Assembly (NCBI GenBank): GCA_053919585.1
Contig: CM132785.1
From: Euprymna scolopes
Taxonomy: Eukaryota
DNA: 64,000 nucleotides
Strand: one strand, 5' to 3'
This document shows, piece after piece, positions 38,091-51,984 of this stretch. The notes beneath the pieces were generated by a model that was given only the letters and a program-made list of their open reading frames with translations, searched no databases and was not told the DNA's origin. Made by a program: the position numbers and the translations under genes. Position 1 is the stretch's first letter; every line of letters starts with the position of its first letter.

Positions 38091-40658
38091 GACACGGTAG
38101 TATTACTAAAAGTAATTTTGGATGATTATTCTGGCAATAACCAGTGGTATCGTATGTCAATTGTCTTCATATGATCAGTTCCTTGCGTTACCCCCAACAG
38201 CTATTTACCATTAACTTCCAGCTTGCAAAATGAGCTCAAATTCTCTTAAATTGGACCGTAATTAAACATTGTTATACTCTACCATCTTTCCGGTTAATGT
38301 ATGGTTTCTTTCCATCCTGAATCTTGCTAACCTCCTGAAGTCTAAACAGCAATATGTAGCGTATCAGAAATGGATGGCGTCCCTTATGTGTCTTTAAACT
38401 ACCTTCCTATTATGGCCATCAACATTGGTTTCCTTTGATTTTTACCAATTCACGTTTGTGTTTAATAGATTCGTCAACGGTTATCGGCTTTGTCCGTCAT
38501 ACTGTCGCTCCTTTTTAGATAGGATTGTATCAGTTTGTAAGATTCGCATTTGGGCTTGGGTGTTTGCTGAAGAACATTACAAAGTGAATGGATGCGTGTT
38601 TAACATTTCCACGTTTTGTACCGACACATAATACATATTGTAAATCAGATCAAATGTGTACTATGGGTAGCCGTACCTAAGCATAAGGTGGTGCAGTCAA
38701 AACACTGTTGCGACCAGATTTTCGGAGGAGGATTTAGTTTTTAAAATAATTTTTTCTTGTAAAGCGTGATTTAATAATATACATTAGTTTGATGTTGATT
38801 GCTCCATTTGCATCTTTGGAAATGAACTAAGCTTCCAAATTCTTACGAATATACCCGCATATCACCATACCAAATATATTGCAACAGTATTTCAAAAATC
38901 ATTTCCCAAATATGACAGCAAAATCTGAGTGTATCAAGTTCGCTTTCCGATTAAATTTTTTTGGTCGTTTGATATTGTGAATCTGGTGTGAACTAAACTC
39001 CATATGAAATGAGTGTTTATAATGAAGAAACATGTGACATTAAAATAATACAAATCGATGCGTAATAGAACAATGCTTCTTTCGTAAAATATGTACACTA
39101 TATGCGTTTCTCAAACTATTAGAAACGAGAGTAAAATTGTTGGCTTTAATAAAGAGATCCTGTTTAGTTATTGTATTACTAGGGATACCCGATGGTGTCT
39201 GGGATCCGATAAAATTCAACGAATATTCCGCACTTAAAATACTTGTCATTGTAATCGGTTAAATCGATCATTTAAATATCAACTAGTATGATTGCTTTCT
39301 TTGAAGAAACCTAGTGCTGTGCACCAGAAAAAAAAATCTTTACGTTCCCCACCCCCGAAGTGTCCTAGTACACAATACATTGTTTTCCACATTACACTGT
39401 AAAGATTGCTTTTTATCAATTATTTTTTACATAATGACTTGAATTGTTTTAAATGCAAAAGTAGGTACTATAGTCTAATCATGCGTTGAACACATTCGTT
39501 TCGAACACGCTCCTACTTATCAAATAACCTAGTATTGATTTTCTACTCCGAGCCCTTCTGCTTGTATGGTGATAAAACTTTAAAATTCACTTGTGATTTT
39601 AGGCTGTATAAGGTGTTTATTTATTGTCAAATCGGACTTTTCCTTTAATTGACTTTTTCAATTATTGGTATTAAAATTTTATCGAAGGCATTCAGATATA
39701 AAACCTAAGACTCCCAGACACATAACGTACATTGTGATTTTTTTAAATCTGCCTAAGCGTTTCGGATTACATAGGGAACTAACTCGCACATTGCCTTTAA
39801 TATATATTGGGCGCATGTATGTAATTAAGTATATATTGGTCATATTTATTCAGACTAATTTTTTTTCTGCCGAAGAAACGTTCATTTTTCTTCCGCAACA
39901 GATCTGCTGTGACTACCGGATGATCAGTTGCATTTAATGTTTTTCTACACTCCGTTTTTAAAAGCAGATACAAAAATATAACTGCAAAGCAAGAGGAGAC
40001 TATCGATTTTCTGTCTTTTTTTTATCGCATATAGAGATAAAGGCAAGGTCAGTTGAATAAAACTGCATATCAAATCGTGATAAAATATTTAACAATAAAA
40101 AAACGAGTCAGTTATGCGAAATACTCTTCAAAAGAAAAAATATCAAATCGAGATGTTCATGGTGTCATAGGTCAAAATATGAATGTGAAAATTGCCGAAT
40201 CACTCGCGTCTACGATAAACAAAATCGAAAAAAAAAAAAAAATTGGCGGTACTTTCAGTTTAACTTAGTGTCTATATTTTTCAATATTTCGTGGATGCTG
40301 ATTCATTATTAGTATTATTCGTGTCTCGCACAAATTACTGTGCTTATATTAGATGGTATTCTTACGTTGCGGCCAATATAACCTGCGAGCCTCTAGCTTC
40401 GTTTTATCACACTTGGGAATCTCTACGGAATTTTCGAATGGAAACGTTTAAACTTCAGTAACCTATTCTGTTTTTGTTAGTCATGATAATCTAGCAATGT
40501 TAATAATTCCATACTAGCGGGGCTTGTGGAAATTCCACAAGGGACTGATTCATGTGTAATATATTGGTGTGGAATTCTGTAGATGTTTAGCGTAAATGGA
40601 GACGCTTTGATATTATTGTAGCTATTTTGTTAAAACTGTATAAAAGTATTTATCCAAA

Positions 40659-40960
40659 CTAGCAGGGTCGCCCGATGTAGCCTGGTCGATTAATACGCTT
40701 AAATATATTTTAATTCTTGCAGATGTCTTATATATTATAGTTAAAATTCTATCGATTTTTATATCATAAAATTGCGATTTCAAAAATAAAAATATTACTT
40801 TGGTTCCCCAGCTTGAATCGAAACCGAATCCCAAACTTATATCATTAAGTTCCTTCAGCTACGACCGAAACTAAAACTTAATTCTTTTTAAAATTTATTT
40901 TTTTTTAAATAAATTAATGTGCCATCAGCTAAAACCGGAACTAAGACTTATGAAGAATTC
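40659..40960 (-). mobile_element. Helitron-like family B variant, terminal fragment
   Basis: A|CTAGcagggtcgcccgatgtagcctggtcg..atacgcttaaatat end; related fragment at about 48370-48520. Confidence 0.55.
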
Positions 40961-42499
40961 TTGTTAAAATTATTTATTACAAGAAAAGGAAGTATGACAA
41001 ACGACTCGGGTGTGACACAGAAAATAAGACACACGCTCTCGTATTAATATATAGACTGATATTGTCCATAATGGGATATATGAACTTCAAATTCCAGAAG
41101 CCCGTTATTTAGAATTGATTGCAAGCTAATTACTTTATCTGTTACGTCAAGCTTCCATCTAGTATACATCTGTGGAAAGCTGGCTGGCTGGTATTTCGAA
41201 CAAAACCTGAATATAACATTTAAGTTGATAATAGTCAGATTAGTTAAAATATTGACAACTTTGATGTTCATAAACTTCTCATTTTTTGTTTTTAAAATTC
41301 CCCTGCAGATTTGTTAATCTACGTCCATTTTAATTCGTGACATTTTCCATTTTGCACGTGCTTGTCTCTATTTCCTTTTAAAGTAGCTATACTTTTCTAT
41401 AATTCTTTTGTTTGTCTTTCTGTTTTACTTTTTTGAAAGGTTGCGATGATTGTCTTTTTTGGTCTTGCCACATTAGATTGTTTAAGAGAGGCTTCATGAT
41501 CTGAAATGCAGGAAATATTCGTTATCTTTTTCTTTATATTTTATAAAACCTAATTATGTTCTACAGGGCCAAAAGAAATCTATTTTCGTTCACAAAACAC
41601 CTAAACCAAACAAACCATTAAATATTATAAAATATGAAGGAAAAACTTGAAGCTTTCAGCAAATGGCCAAAATCGGCATTAATTCAGTTTAGATACTGAA
41701 AAACGCAAGCAAACTAAACTGTTTGTTATTGTTTGTATCCTAGGTTCTTTTCTGATTTTCTATTACGGTTTCGTTCTCTGTATTCCAGTGCGTATCTCTT
41801 TTTCATCTTTCTCTCTTTTCGCCCGTCCGTGTCTGTTTATCTACTAGTGGATTGATCACTGTATGTCAATCTTTATCCACTATTCTATGCATCTCTGCCA
41901 GCTTTCTTGCCTGTCTTCCCCTCCCTATGTCAACATATGTAACTCTGTCAGTTCGTGCGCCGGCTCAGTTTCCCACTGACCTCAGCAAATAAATTTCCCA
42001 TGCGGTTAATATCTGTGACTAGTCACTTGTGAGCCAAGAAGTTATGTACGATCCTAGAATCATGCTATGCTCTAGGATCGTACATAACCTGTTGGCTCAC
42101 ACCATGCATTAAAGTAAATCATTAAACGCGTTACAAGAATCTATTTACGGGAATCAGATATTAGTTTGCACAAGGCTCTAATAATTTTACCTGGGTATAT
42201 TTTTTCTTTTTTATTCTTGCTCTTGGGGTCTCTGAGAGTCTGGTCTTATTTCTTTTTCTGTGGAGTATCACTCGTATAAAGCCATAGATTAGTTGATGTT
42301 AACGTGATCTTTAGCTAAAAATGATCTAGTACAACCCTTCTCACGCATCCGCTGCCGTATATCACTACCACATTCACTCAGCCGAGGTACTCTGTCTCCT
42401 GCAATCACCATCTCGTGTTCCGCATGCCGTGCCCTGTCCGTCTATACAAACCCACTCATCTTAGTAAACAGCCCCTTCTCCAAACCACCTGTCGTATTT

Positions 42500-42527
42500 T
42501 CTCTCTCTATCTCTATCTCTATCTCTC

Positions 42528-42560
<33 letters not shown>

Positions 42561-42597
42561 GTATCTCTGTCTGTATTTCTCTCTCTCTCTGTATCTC
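42500..42597. repeat. (CT)n/(CTCTAT)n compound microsatellite
   Basis: Seen directly. Confidence 0.9.
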
Positions 42598-45500
42598 GTG
42601 TGTGGGCGTCTTTTACTTATATTTTACCTAGCTAATTTATATAAACATTTCAGCTAAAATCTTTCTCTTCCAACCGGCTGTCTTATTTTCCCCTCCCTTT
42701 CTCTTCTGTCACTGCACTCGTTTTATAGTACAACAACACTAGTAAAATATCAAAAATTTGTAATGCATCAAAGTATATGAAGATCTCTGAATTATCTTTA
42801 CTGGTTTGTAAATCAAGATTAAAAGCATTGTGTTCACTCGGACTATAGAATGTATTCTTTCTGCAATGTCAGCGTTTCGTTTTGGAAATTAAGTTTCAAC
42901 GCATTTGTTTATTTTTATTGCGAAATAAATGACATAATTTAAAATTTTATTAACTCTATTACTTTGTGAGTTAAGATAGGGGGCAAACTAAAGTACAGTG
43001 CTCATTTATAACCGATAACACCGGTGTCACTTTCGATAGTTAATTTAATTTCAACTTCATAATATAATCTGCTGTAAACTAAAAATGTATTAAGCATGGT
43101 CTAAATTTTGCAATAGAGGAGTTAAGTGTCCGTTGTAATCACAATGACGTAGAAATATCTACAATAGTATGATGGATGTGTTTGGTTGACCGTCAGAAAA
43201 TCGCGTAGGCCTATTCTACGAAGAATGACGATATGAGAATGGCTAGTGTCGCACAGAAGTTATCTGTAGAAAGATTCCGATTTCTCATGCCAGAATTACC
43301 AAAGGAATGTCATTGAGAAAATCTTACATTCATTTCCGCAAGGTTCCTCATTCTGATTGACAGAAGAGTATGATTTGCCATTCGGATAGCCGCTTTTGTA
43401 CGCTCAGTTTCGTTTAAAGTATTATATTCTCAGATGGATTTGATATTAAACGTGTCGTATGATATATGTTGGGTATGAGGTTTTGTTAATGGTATTTTCT
43501 TACCACATCTCTATTAATCGTATGTATATTTGTTTAGCCAGGATATGATATTGACGTAAACTGAGTCATGTTGTATCCGTTATCACACGGGTATATGTTT
43601 CAGTTCATATATAAGAATAATATAATCTTTATACTTTTTTTCTTCTTCTCTTGAAGAGTTCTTGTATCTTCACTTGCTGGACTGCGTGGCTCACTCATGA
43701 AACGACCAACACCATATAATTGAGGCATCTGTTCTTTCTTTGTTAACTCACAAGAAGACTTTATATTTTTATAATATTAATTTATTCAGTTGTATCAAAT
43801 TTATTTGTCTCCCAGCCCGCTCCCTGACCGTCTTTTGTTTATCTTTAACCTAGATAATTAATATAAACATTTCAGTTGAAATCTATTGTTACACTGAATT
43901 CTATAAACAATATATAATTCCCAATAAAACTGTTAAGAATATACTTGAATAGATAAATATAGGCAGTTCGATAACTAATTAACATTTACAATGTAAATTA
44001 CCTAACAAAACAAGTCTTCCTATTTGCAAACTGGCGTTTATCTTCTCGTATATTTATTAGCTCGTATATTTATTAGCTGGTTTAAGCAGTTAGCTATCGT
44101 TTCTTAACATTCATTACTTAGAATACTGTACTGTTGTGGATTCTGTATAAGATGGGATGCAAATCATGTATTTGAGTTTATATTATCGCCTTGCAGTGTG
44201 ACTGTATAAACGTGTGATCGCCTATTTAAAGCTCATTGTGTGTGCATCAAATAAATACAGGTCATGATGTGATAATATAAATTAATACCTTCTACAACAC
44301 AACGGACAAATATTTGAGGATTCACATCTGGCCAATCGGGAAATATCTGTTCCATCTTGGTTCTAGTTTTGACGAAAAAGATTGCACTTGAAAATTAAGA
44401 TCATAGCCGCTGGTTTAAAATTCGGTAACATTCTATGCCAGTTTTTTTCTTGGAACTTTACACGCTGATTCTAGTTATCGCCATTTCTGATGCAGTCTAG
44501 TCAGAGCAATCACAATCTTTCGACCGTCTCTGTTCCTCTCTTAACTTAGATTAACTTTCCTCTAATTTCCTTTATCTCGAAAAGACCTTTTCCTTCTAAA
44601 TGACGTAATTAGTGTACGTCACTAAAATAATCACCTGATGGATTATTTTTTAAGTTGCCAACTAAATTGTTATAACAATGTTTAATGTAACATTCCCAAA
44701 CTAATGTAAATTTTTTGATTATTTCAAATATTAAATATTTTAAACTATATTTTAGATGACAACTTTTTAGCTTGAATAATTATAATCGTCGATTAGCACA
44801 TCTCGGCGTTGCCCGGTCAATATCTAACAAGACCTGCAACCTTGACTAAAAGTATTTCCTGCCTTAAGTTTTTGTTACTAGGAAACTAAATCTTTCATTT
44901 TTTTTCCCCCTTAACCTAGAGAAAAACCAACAAATGTTGGTTTTTCTCTAGGTTTAGTGAGGTGATTAAAAGGAAAATTGATTTCCTTAAAACCTGTTTA
45001 GAAAAAGTTTTAAGGTTTTGATCCATTTGGAGAAAGGTCATGTGAAGACTAATGCCAAATATTTGTCCAGGAAATAAAATTTAAATTACCTTAAACACGC
45101 CGTACATAGGACTCCCTTCCTTACATTTGCTCCGAGGTTCTACACAGCCATTCAATTCATTTTCCGCTCCATCATCTAGAATGTTTTGACTCGATCTGTC
45201 ACGTCCACCATTCGAAAAGGGAATTTTTTTCCGAAATATATTATGGATATTGTCAGACTGATTTGTAAATCGCCACTTGTTATAGTCTTCTTTCCCCAAC
45301 ACAGACTATATCTCATTTCTCGCATCGTGATAGCCTTCTAAATCTCTACTACATGCATTTTTCGTTTAATGAACCAAATACTTATCTCAAAGTATTTTAA
45401 GTCTGAATGAATAACAATATTAAACAAGTTGAAATATCTTTTAAAACAAATATATAAATTTGTTCAACTTGACACTGATATCGCATGCGCACAGACATTA

Positions 45501-45769
45501 TGTAAACTAATATATATGTATGTGGATCGAGTAAAAATCAGTATTACATGTGTATCACGTGATCTTTAATCTGACACCAAAATACAGCTGTATTTCTCAA
45601 CATAACCCGGGAAACTGGAATTTAATCTCGCACACCAATCTCGGTAGATAATTTTGTAATTTGTACCGAACGAGGTATTAAATCATTTTTGTGCCTGTAC
45701 AAAACGAATATCATAATTTGTAATGTTAATAATATTTCTTATTTCATAGTGTTGATAATTTTAATATTA

Positions 45770-45963
45770 CGAGGGCCGTTCCAAAAGTTATCCCTCTTTT
45801 TTTTATTCCGCGCGAATGCATAAGTGGAGATTCCAAATTGCAGTGTGATGAAGGAGCATATGCATTCATGACCTGAAAGTGCTATCTCTTACAGATATGG
45901 CCAGCCTTAAACTACTTTTTTCGATAAAAAAAAATTGAGGCTTAACTTTTGGAACGACTCGCG
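45770..45963. mobile_element. Mariner-derived MITE
   Basis: TA|cgagggccgttccaaaagttatccctc ... gaggcttaacttttggaacgactcgcg|TA; TIR matches the mariner end at 60686. Confidence 0.85.
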
Positions 45964-46303
45964 TATGAAGAGATATAGGCATCCTTATTTCCTCTGTCTG
46001 TAGAAGATAATGACTATTTCATACACCCTAAAAAAGGAAATTGTATTACTATCTATCCTATTATTCTTTTGTGTATTATTCATATAAAAACTAGCCGATT
46101 TATTATACTGGTCGTGGAATTGCATTCATCTTCAAAAGATCTAATTAAAATATTCTTTGAAACATTTGAATTAATTCCTATTTTTGGTCTGCTTATGGGG
46201 TGCTCATTAGTTTACTATTAGGTGTAATATCTATGCAGATATTCTACATGGTTTATACTTGCGTGATATTTGCGTAAAAGGTTATAGTAAACACAGACCT
46301 CTT

Positions 46304-46769
46304 TCTATATATTTGTGTGCGTATAAATATATTTTTGTAAACGAAAAAAATTGCTTTCCAAAATCCTGTCAGTTTTTTATTTAGACATTGAACTTAATAT
46401 ATAAAGTATTCAAACCCATGCAAAACTTAACATTTGGGTTTTAGCCTGGAAATATCGGTCCAGTAGTGAAAAATTGAAATTTTCCAGATGTGCATGCGTA
46501 ACATAATAGCTATTGGTTCGCGGTTTATTTTTAACTTTGCAGCAACCATGTCTTCATAGTTCAGACATTATATTCAAAGGAAAAACCGTAAGCTACACAT
46601 TTTGATTTCGATTCCCGGTGGTGGCGCACGTGTTTTTTTTATTTTTTTTTATTTTTATTTTTTTTTTATCATTACTATATTTGCTCCAAAATAATATAAA
46701 TATGAAATCTGAATTAATGATCATGTTTAAGCGTATTTTACGACCAGGCAATTCCGGACGGTCTGCTAG
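46304..46769 (+). mobile_element. Helitron-like family B copy
   Basis: TC-start; 3' ttaagcgtattttacgaccaggcaattccggacggtctgCTAG|T; reverse complement of the 59518 copy. Confidence 0.7.
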
Positions 46770-47055
46770 TTCATAATACTTCAATACTCTTTATCGGATA
46801 GGATATTGTATCATCTATAATATTGGATAATCATCAGTGTGCGTCAAACAAACATGGATGAAGATTCTTAGAAAATAAAACCTTTTCAAAAAGAGATTGT
46901 CCGGTTGTATACGTTTGGTATGTTTCCTCTGCTTCTCCTGGAGGTAAGCCACAAGGTCTAATTGAATTTGATCATTCCCCCCCCTGTAGAAGCGAGCTTC
47001 ATTTTTACTCGACACCTGCAGGTTTTTGTTAGTGTCGTTAATTACTTAGTCACTA

Positions 47056-47112
<57 letters not shown>

Positions 47113-47138
47113 GTTTGTCGTTAATTACTTTGTCACTA

Positions 47139-47167
<29 letters not shown>

Positions 47168-47173
<6 letters not shown>

Positions 47174-47231
47174 TGTGCGAAATTAATTTTTTTAACGCAT
47201 TTATCTGATAAAACATTTTGCACCAACCTAA
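47168..47231. mobile_element. Tiny mariner-type MITE
   Basis: tatgtttgtgcgaaatt ... cattttgcaccaacctaa are imperfect inverted mariner TIRs. Confidence 0.55.
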
Positions 47232-47748
47232 TTGTTAGCTTACATTACTGAATCTAAATATAAAGCAACTTACTATGTTGACATTACTACAATATGAAAC
47301 TGTCTAGTTCAACATTTTTAAGATCTAAACTCTTAAGTGGATAATTAAAGAAAATATACAAACGGGAGTCTTTCTCGGCTAGATCTCGAAAAAGTACTTA
47401 CAAGGCTATATGCCATGAATGTTTATTTTTTTTTTTTTTTTGGGACTATTAATTGAACACATTTCATCAGGAACGAAGTTACACCAGCATCTCCGTTATA
47501 TATAATAACACCAATTTCAGTAGACGGCAGGTTTTGTTTCGTCATACATCCCGTTGTTGTTATCAGTATTGAACTAAAAACCGATCGCCTAATTAGCCGA
47601 TAAAATACCAGTGTATATCTATTTCCAAACCTTAGGATGATTACATTCGCTATGAATTCTGATCACGGCAAAACCATGCTTTGATAAACTTTTCGTTTTG
47701 CACGTCGAGTTGTCCTCCCAACATTTAGGAATCCACGTGCAACACATA

Positions 47749-47950
47749 CGAGGCGCGTTCTAAAATAATGCGTCATATTTTTATTCCGCTCGAATCTATC
47801 AGAGGGATTGTAAATTGCATTATGACTAAACTTGTACGTTCATCGTCTGAATGTTTCGCCTCTGTAGACATTTACAGTGTGAGACTCTAACAAAGCAATC
47901 CTGTCATGTGCATGCTTCGGCAACAGGTGCGTCATTAAATTCCTGGCAAT
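47749..47950 (+). mobile_element. Left end of a mariner (same TIR family as 45770 and 60686)
   Basis: TA|cgaggcgcgttctaaaataatgcgtc, ttttattccgctcgaat shared with the MITE; start of transposase-like RCVIKFL. Confidence 0.6.
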
Positions 47951-48186
47951 TGCATTATGAATGATTGTGACTGTAGAAAAATATATCCAGGAATAGAATG
48001 TCAGTTTAAATGGCACTAATCCCGTATTCCTAGCTTCAAACTTTGGAGTAAAAATAGTTTACTTTGTATTCTTCCTCCTATATAAAAATATACCTAACAA
48101 CATAATAAGCTACATGACAAATTCGTTGGATTTTCGTGAAAAATAATCGGGCGAATTACTCTACTTGATTTGAATAAATCTCTGAA

Positions 48187-48193
<7 letters not shown>

Positions 48194-48232
<39 letters not shown>
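48194..48232. repeat. (TG)n microsatellite
   Basis: Seen directly. Confidence 0.95.
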
Positions 48233-48236
<4 letters not shown>

Positions 48237-48639
48237 CAAAAATGCCGTAGATATGATTTTATTGACATGGAACTAACATATTTCAACTTAGCAGTTTAAA
48301 AATGTTCGTTTTTTTTCTTTCTTGTAACTCCACCGATTAATTCATTTCTATATGAATACAAGAAGGCCGCCCGAATTTGCCCGATTGTAAATATATTTTA
48401 ATTTAATGTAGATTACGCAGAAGACAATTCTCTATATTAATTTAATATATAGTAGTGAGATAAAAAGAAAAATAAAGTTGTATGCAAATTGGGTGCCATC
48501 AGCTAGAATCGAAACAAAAATACACAACTCTCCACCCTTATTTCTTAGCCTCTGAGTCACACCCGTTCGTATATGATCTTAAAATATATCTGAAATCTTT
48601 AGTCCCAAAATAATTTTATTTTTTGTAATGTACGTACAT

Positions 48640-48970
48640 TTTATATCGGTCTTAAATAATAAATCGACAAATGTTTTTTCATCATTGCTAACACACGACT
48701 GTAGACTTTCACGAAAGTTTTCAATAACTCGATGGATCATTCCCGGTGGAATAGCATTTGAGAACGAATAGCTCATTTTAACTAGAGATCGAGGGCGGTG
48801 GCTGAATGCTGACTTCAAACATCCCTACAAGAAAAATTTGCACGCGATCTTGCGGACCAACCAATATCATAACGCAAAGAAATCAAATGTTTCGGAAATA
48901 TTTCCGTTAAGTCTTATTGCATATATAGAAGTATGAGATGTTACACCGTCTTTTTGAGGCCCTACACTTT
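48640..48970 (-). mobile_element. Tc1/mariner-superfamily (rosa/DD41D-like) transposase C-terminal relic
   Basis: WSARSR (WPARSPDL-like) and IPPGMIHRVIENFRESLQSCVSNDEK..DLLFKT. Confidence 0.6.
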
Positions 48971-49821
48971 CTAGAGTTCCTACAGTTTTGCTCTCGGAAA
49001 ATTGTTTAACATGACAGAATATTACTGAGAAGTAACTGCAAGTGTACCATTTTTATATTCGAAACACGTATGTGAAATTTCGATATTGCTCACTATACAA
49101 GAACTTGAGGACTATGCCATGCGCGTTCATGAATGTAATGAGGCTTATTAGCGATCAATAATAAATATTGTATGATCTATTTAAGCGGGATAGTGTTTCG
49201 TCACTGAAAATTATGAAATCGCGTTAAACTTGCCTGTTTATCTCCATACACAATCTACGATTTTCATAATTTTTCACCAACTTCCTGTTCAAGCAACATC
49301 TAATATGGATGTAATTACCCATCTTTTGTAAAGAATTCTATTCATCTGGCTTTTCGAAAAAAAAATCACTAAGAAAGTGCGTTTCAGAGACTTTACTCGA
49401 GGCATTTCCTGTATAGACATTTTCCGGAGTTCTCGTAGTCATAGGACGGTGAAGTTTGTATTAATGTCGATCCGCTAATTCTAAAGCTGGCAACCGATAA
49501 TAAAATGGTGTTTCGGGTCGGTATGAACTATTTAAACTTAAGTTTAAAATGTAGAAGGAATGGTCTCGATACTGTGGTCACCGATCCGTTGCTTCTGTTT
49601 TGTTTTGTTTTTTGTTTTTTTTCAACAGGTTATGCAGGAAAGGCTCGCTGTTCAACAGTCTAATTTATAAGGATAATTGTATAATTTAAAAACATGCATA
49701 AATAGATATAAATGAGCTTTGTCCTAATTAAAATGAAATGGCATTCTACGTAATTAAAATATTTCAAATGAAATTTAATTTTTTTTTTCTTTAGCTACAA
49801 ATGTCTGATCGTTTTGGGGCA

Positions 49822-50728
49822 CACATATATAGATAAGTGAAAATGGTGTGTGTGTGTACCAAATAACTCCCAATTTTCGGTCTACAGACGTGAGATTTGA
49901 CATAAGGAGTACTGAGATTTGGAAAAATCTTGTCAATCGGTTTTCGCTTAGAAATTTTTCTCTTAAGGTGTCAAAGTTCAATGATTTAACCTTTTTAGAC
50001 CTCTACTAAACTCCTTCGCCAATTTGCGACCTAAACACTTGAAATTTTAGATATAGGTTACTTGGACATGGATCTAACTTTATAATTTTATTCGAGCAAT
50101 AAACAAATGTTCAGGACTGGTAATTCGGGTCAGTTTTGAAAATATGTGGTCTCTACCAAATTACTCAGCCAATTTTTGGTCTAAACATTTGAAATTTTAC
50201 ATAGTGTATTCAGACATAGGGCAAGCGTTTTAATCGTTTTTGAAAATTTGGCTTACAAGCTGTCAGTTTAGGATTTTTTACTTTTGCGGTCTCTAGCAAA
50301 CTATTCAGCCAATTTTGGGTCTAAACATTTGAAATTTTACATAAAGGTATTCAGACATGCAGCAAGCTATTTAATCAGTTTGAGGGCAAAATTTTGGATG
50401 GCAAGGTAAAATTTTACAATTGACCTTTGCAAACTCTACCTAACTCCTCCGATTTTGGTTCTAAAAACTTGCAATTTTAGATGTCTGTTACTCGGACATG
50501 GATCAAACATTTTAATTGAATTTGATCCCAAAACATATGGGGTCATAATTAGGGTCAAAATCTTAAAAAATAAATTGACGTCTGCGGTCTCTACCAACTT
50601 TTCTCTATGGATGTTAAGGAAGTCTATTATATAGAAAGGCATTACCGTATTCACATTTTGTAATATAAACATATGCACATAGATCTGAACAGTACATAGG
50701 GCCCGAGCAAAGCCGGGTGGAGTTGCTA

Positions 50729-50729
<1 letters not shown>
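49822..50729 (+). mobile_element. Non-autonomous Helitron-like element, family A
   Basis: 3' hairpin cccgagcaaagccggg then CTAG|T at 50726-50730; internal subrepeats; homologous to 2866-3516; followed by (TA)n to 50781. Confidence 0.75.
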
Positions 50730-50785
<56 letters not shown>

Positions 50786-51984
50786 TGCGAACAATGGCGA
50801 AATTATTTTTCCGTTATTTTCCCGGGACCTGTACGTTAGCAAATGATACAAACGAATGAAGTAAAGTCGCAACGTTTAAATATAAAGAATTTCACTTAAT
50901 GCTTTCGAAATTTCGGAAGATTTAATTTGATCTTTTGAGTGGTATTTCAGTCCGTCCATATTTGTAATGTTCAGCATACCGTGGCCTCTTATGTTATTCT
51001 TCAAAGGGAAATATATAGATTTTATGGACGTACATGCATCGCCTCTTGTAGCATCTAGGTAGACATAAGTGCACTTAATTCCTTACATATGTTGACAAGT
51101 TGTGTGTCTCAGCTTTATGTAGGGACATGTCCAACTACTATGAATGATGTGTGCTAAGTGAACGACACTGTATAATGGATGTTCCATTCGGTATTTCTTG
51201 TTCGGACACAATGTAATCAATGAATATTGCCAACAAACCAACAGCAAAGTGAACAAAAAAGAAAATTATATATATCTTGGAAGTCCTCTAAAACGTTATT
51301 AACCATCGTCGCGAAATGTCTCTGTAAATATTGCCTCATGGTAGAAGGGCTGTCCTCTGTAAGAGAGGAAAATACCGCTAATAAAACGACTTTATAATGT
51401 TAGTATGTATAGGCCTCCTTTTTCAATTTTCGTATTTCGTATTTGTCGTGTAGAAACGAATAAAAGCTTTAATATTGAAGAGGAAATGCATAAATATACC
51501 AAGTCAATCTCTAAACATGTTAATGTTCTGTAGCAAAATATGAAAAACTTCAGCCTAACCAATAATGCGGTTTTTGTTTTCCTTTTTCAAATGGAGAATT
51601 CTGACTCAAAAATATGCCACTCATTTAATACAGCCACTTGCAAAAATGTATATAACCATGCTGATAATTCGTGGGAAAGTTAAACTTGTATGTCTATTGA
51701 CATTATTTTCTAATTTGCGTAGTATAGGTAAGAGCCGAGAACCAGCTTTGTCTTCACGATGATTCAAACCCGCATAAACTAATAATTTAACGCTACCTAA
51801 ACATTCATATTAAACAGACAATAGTGATACGAAATATTTTGAACGTTGCTTAGTTAAATTGTATGTTTAGTAACATACAGAGAATCGCAAGGAATCCTTC
51901 CATGGAGGGAACATGTATATCCCCTTCAGCGGAGATAAAGACTTTTTTATTTATTTAGCTTGTAAGGTGTTGTCTCCGTCCTCT

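Noticed and set aside
38100-38430. Possible LINE C-terminal zinc-knuckle region on the minus strand (RLARFRMERNHTL)
   Set aside because: Only a weak motif impression; the cysteine pattern is not recoverable
45081-45402. Minus-strand exon candidate with an AAG|GTAATT donor
   Set aside because: No stop-free frame from the good acceptor (45403) to the donor; loosely resembles a decayed RTE-type LINE tail
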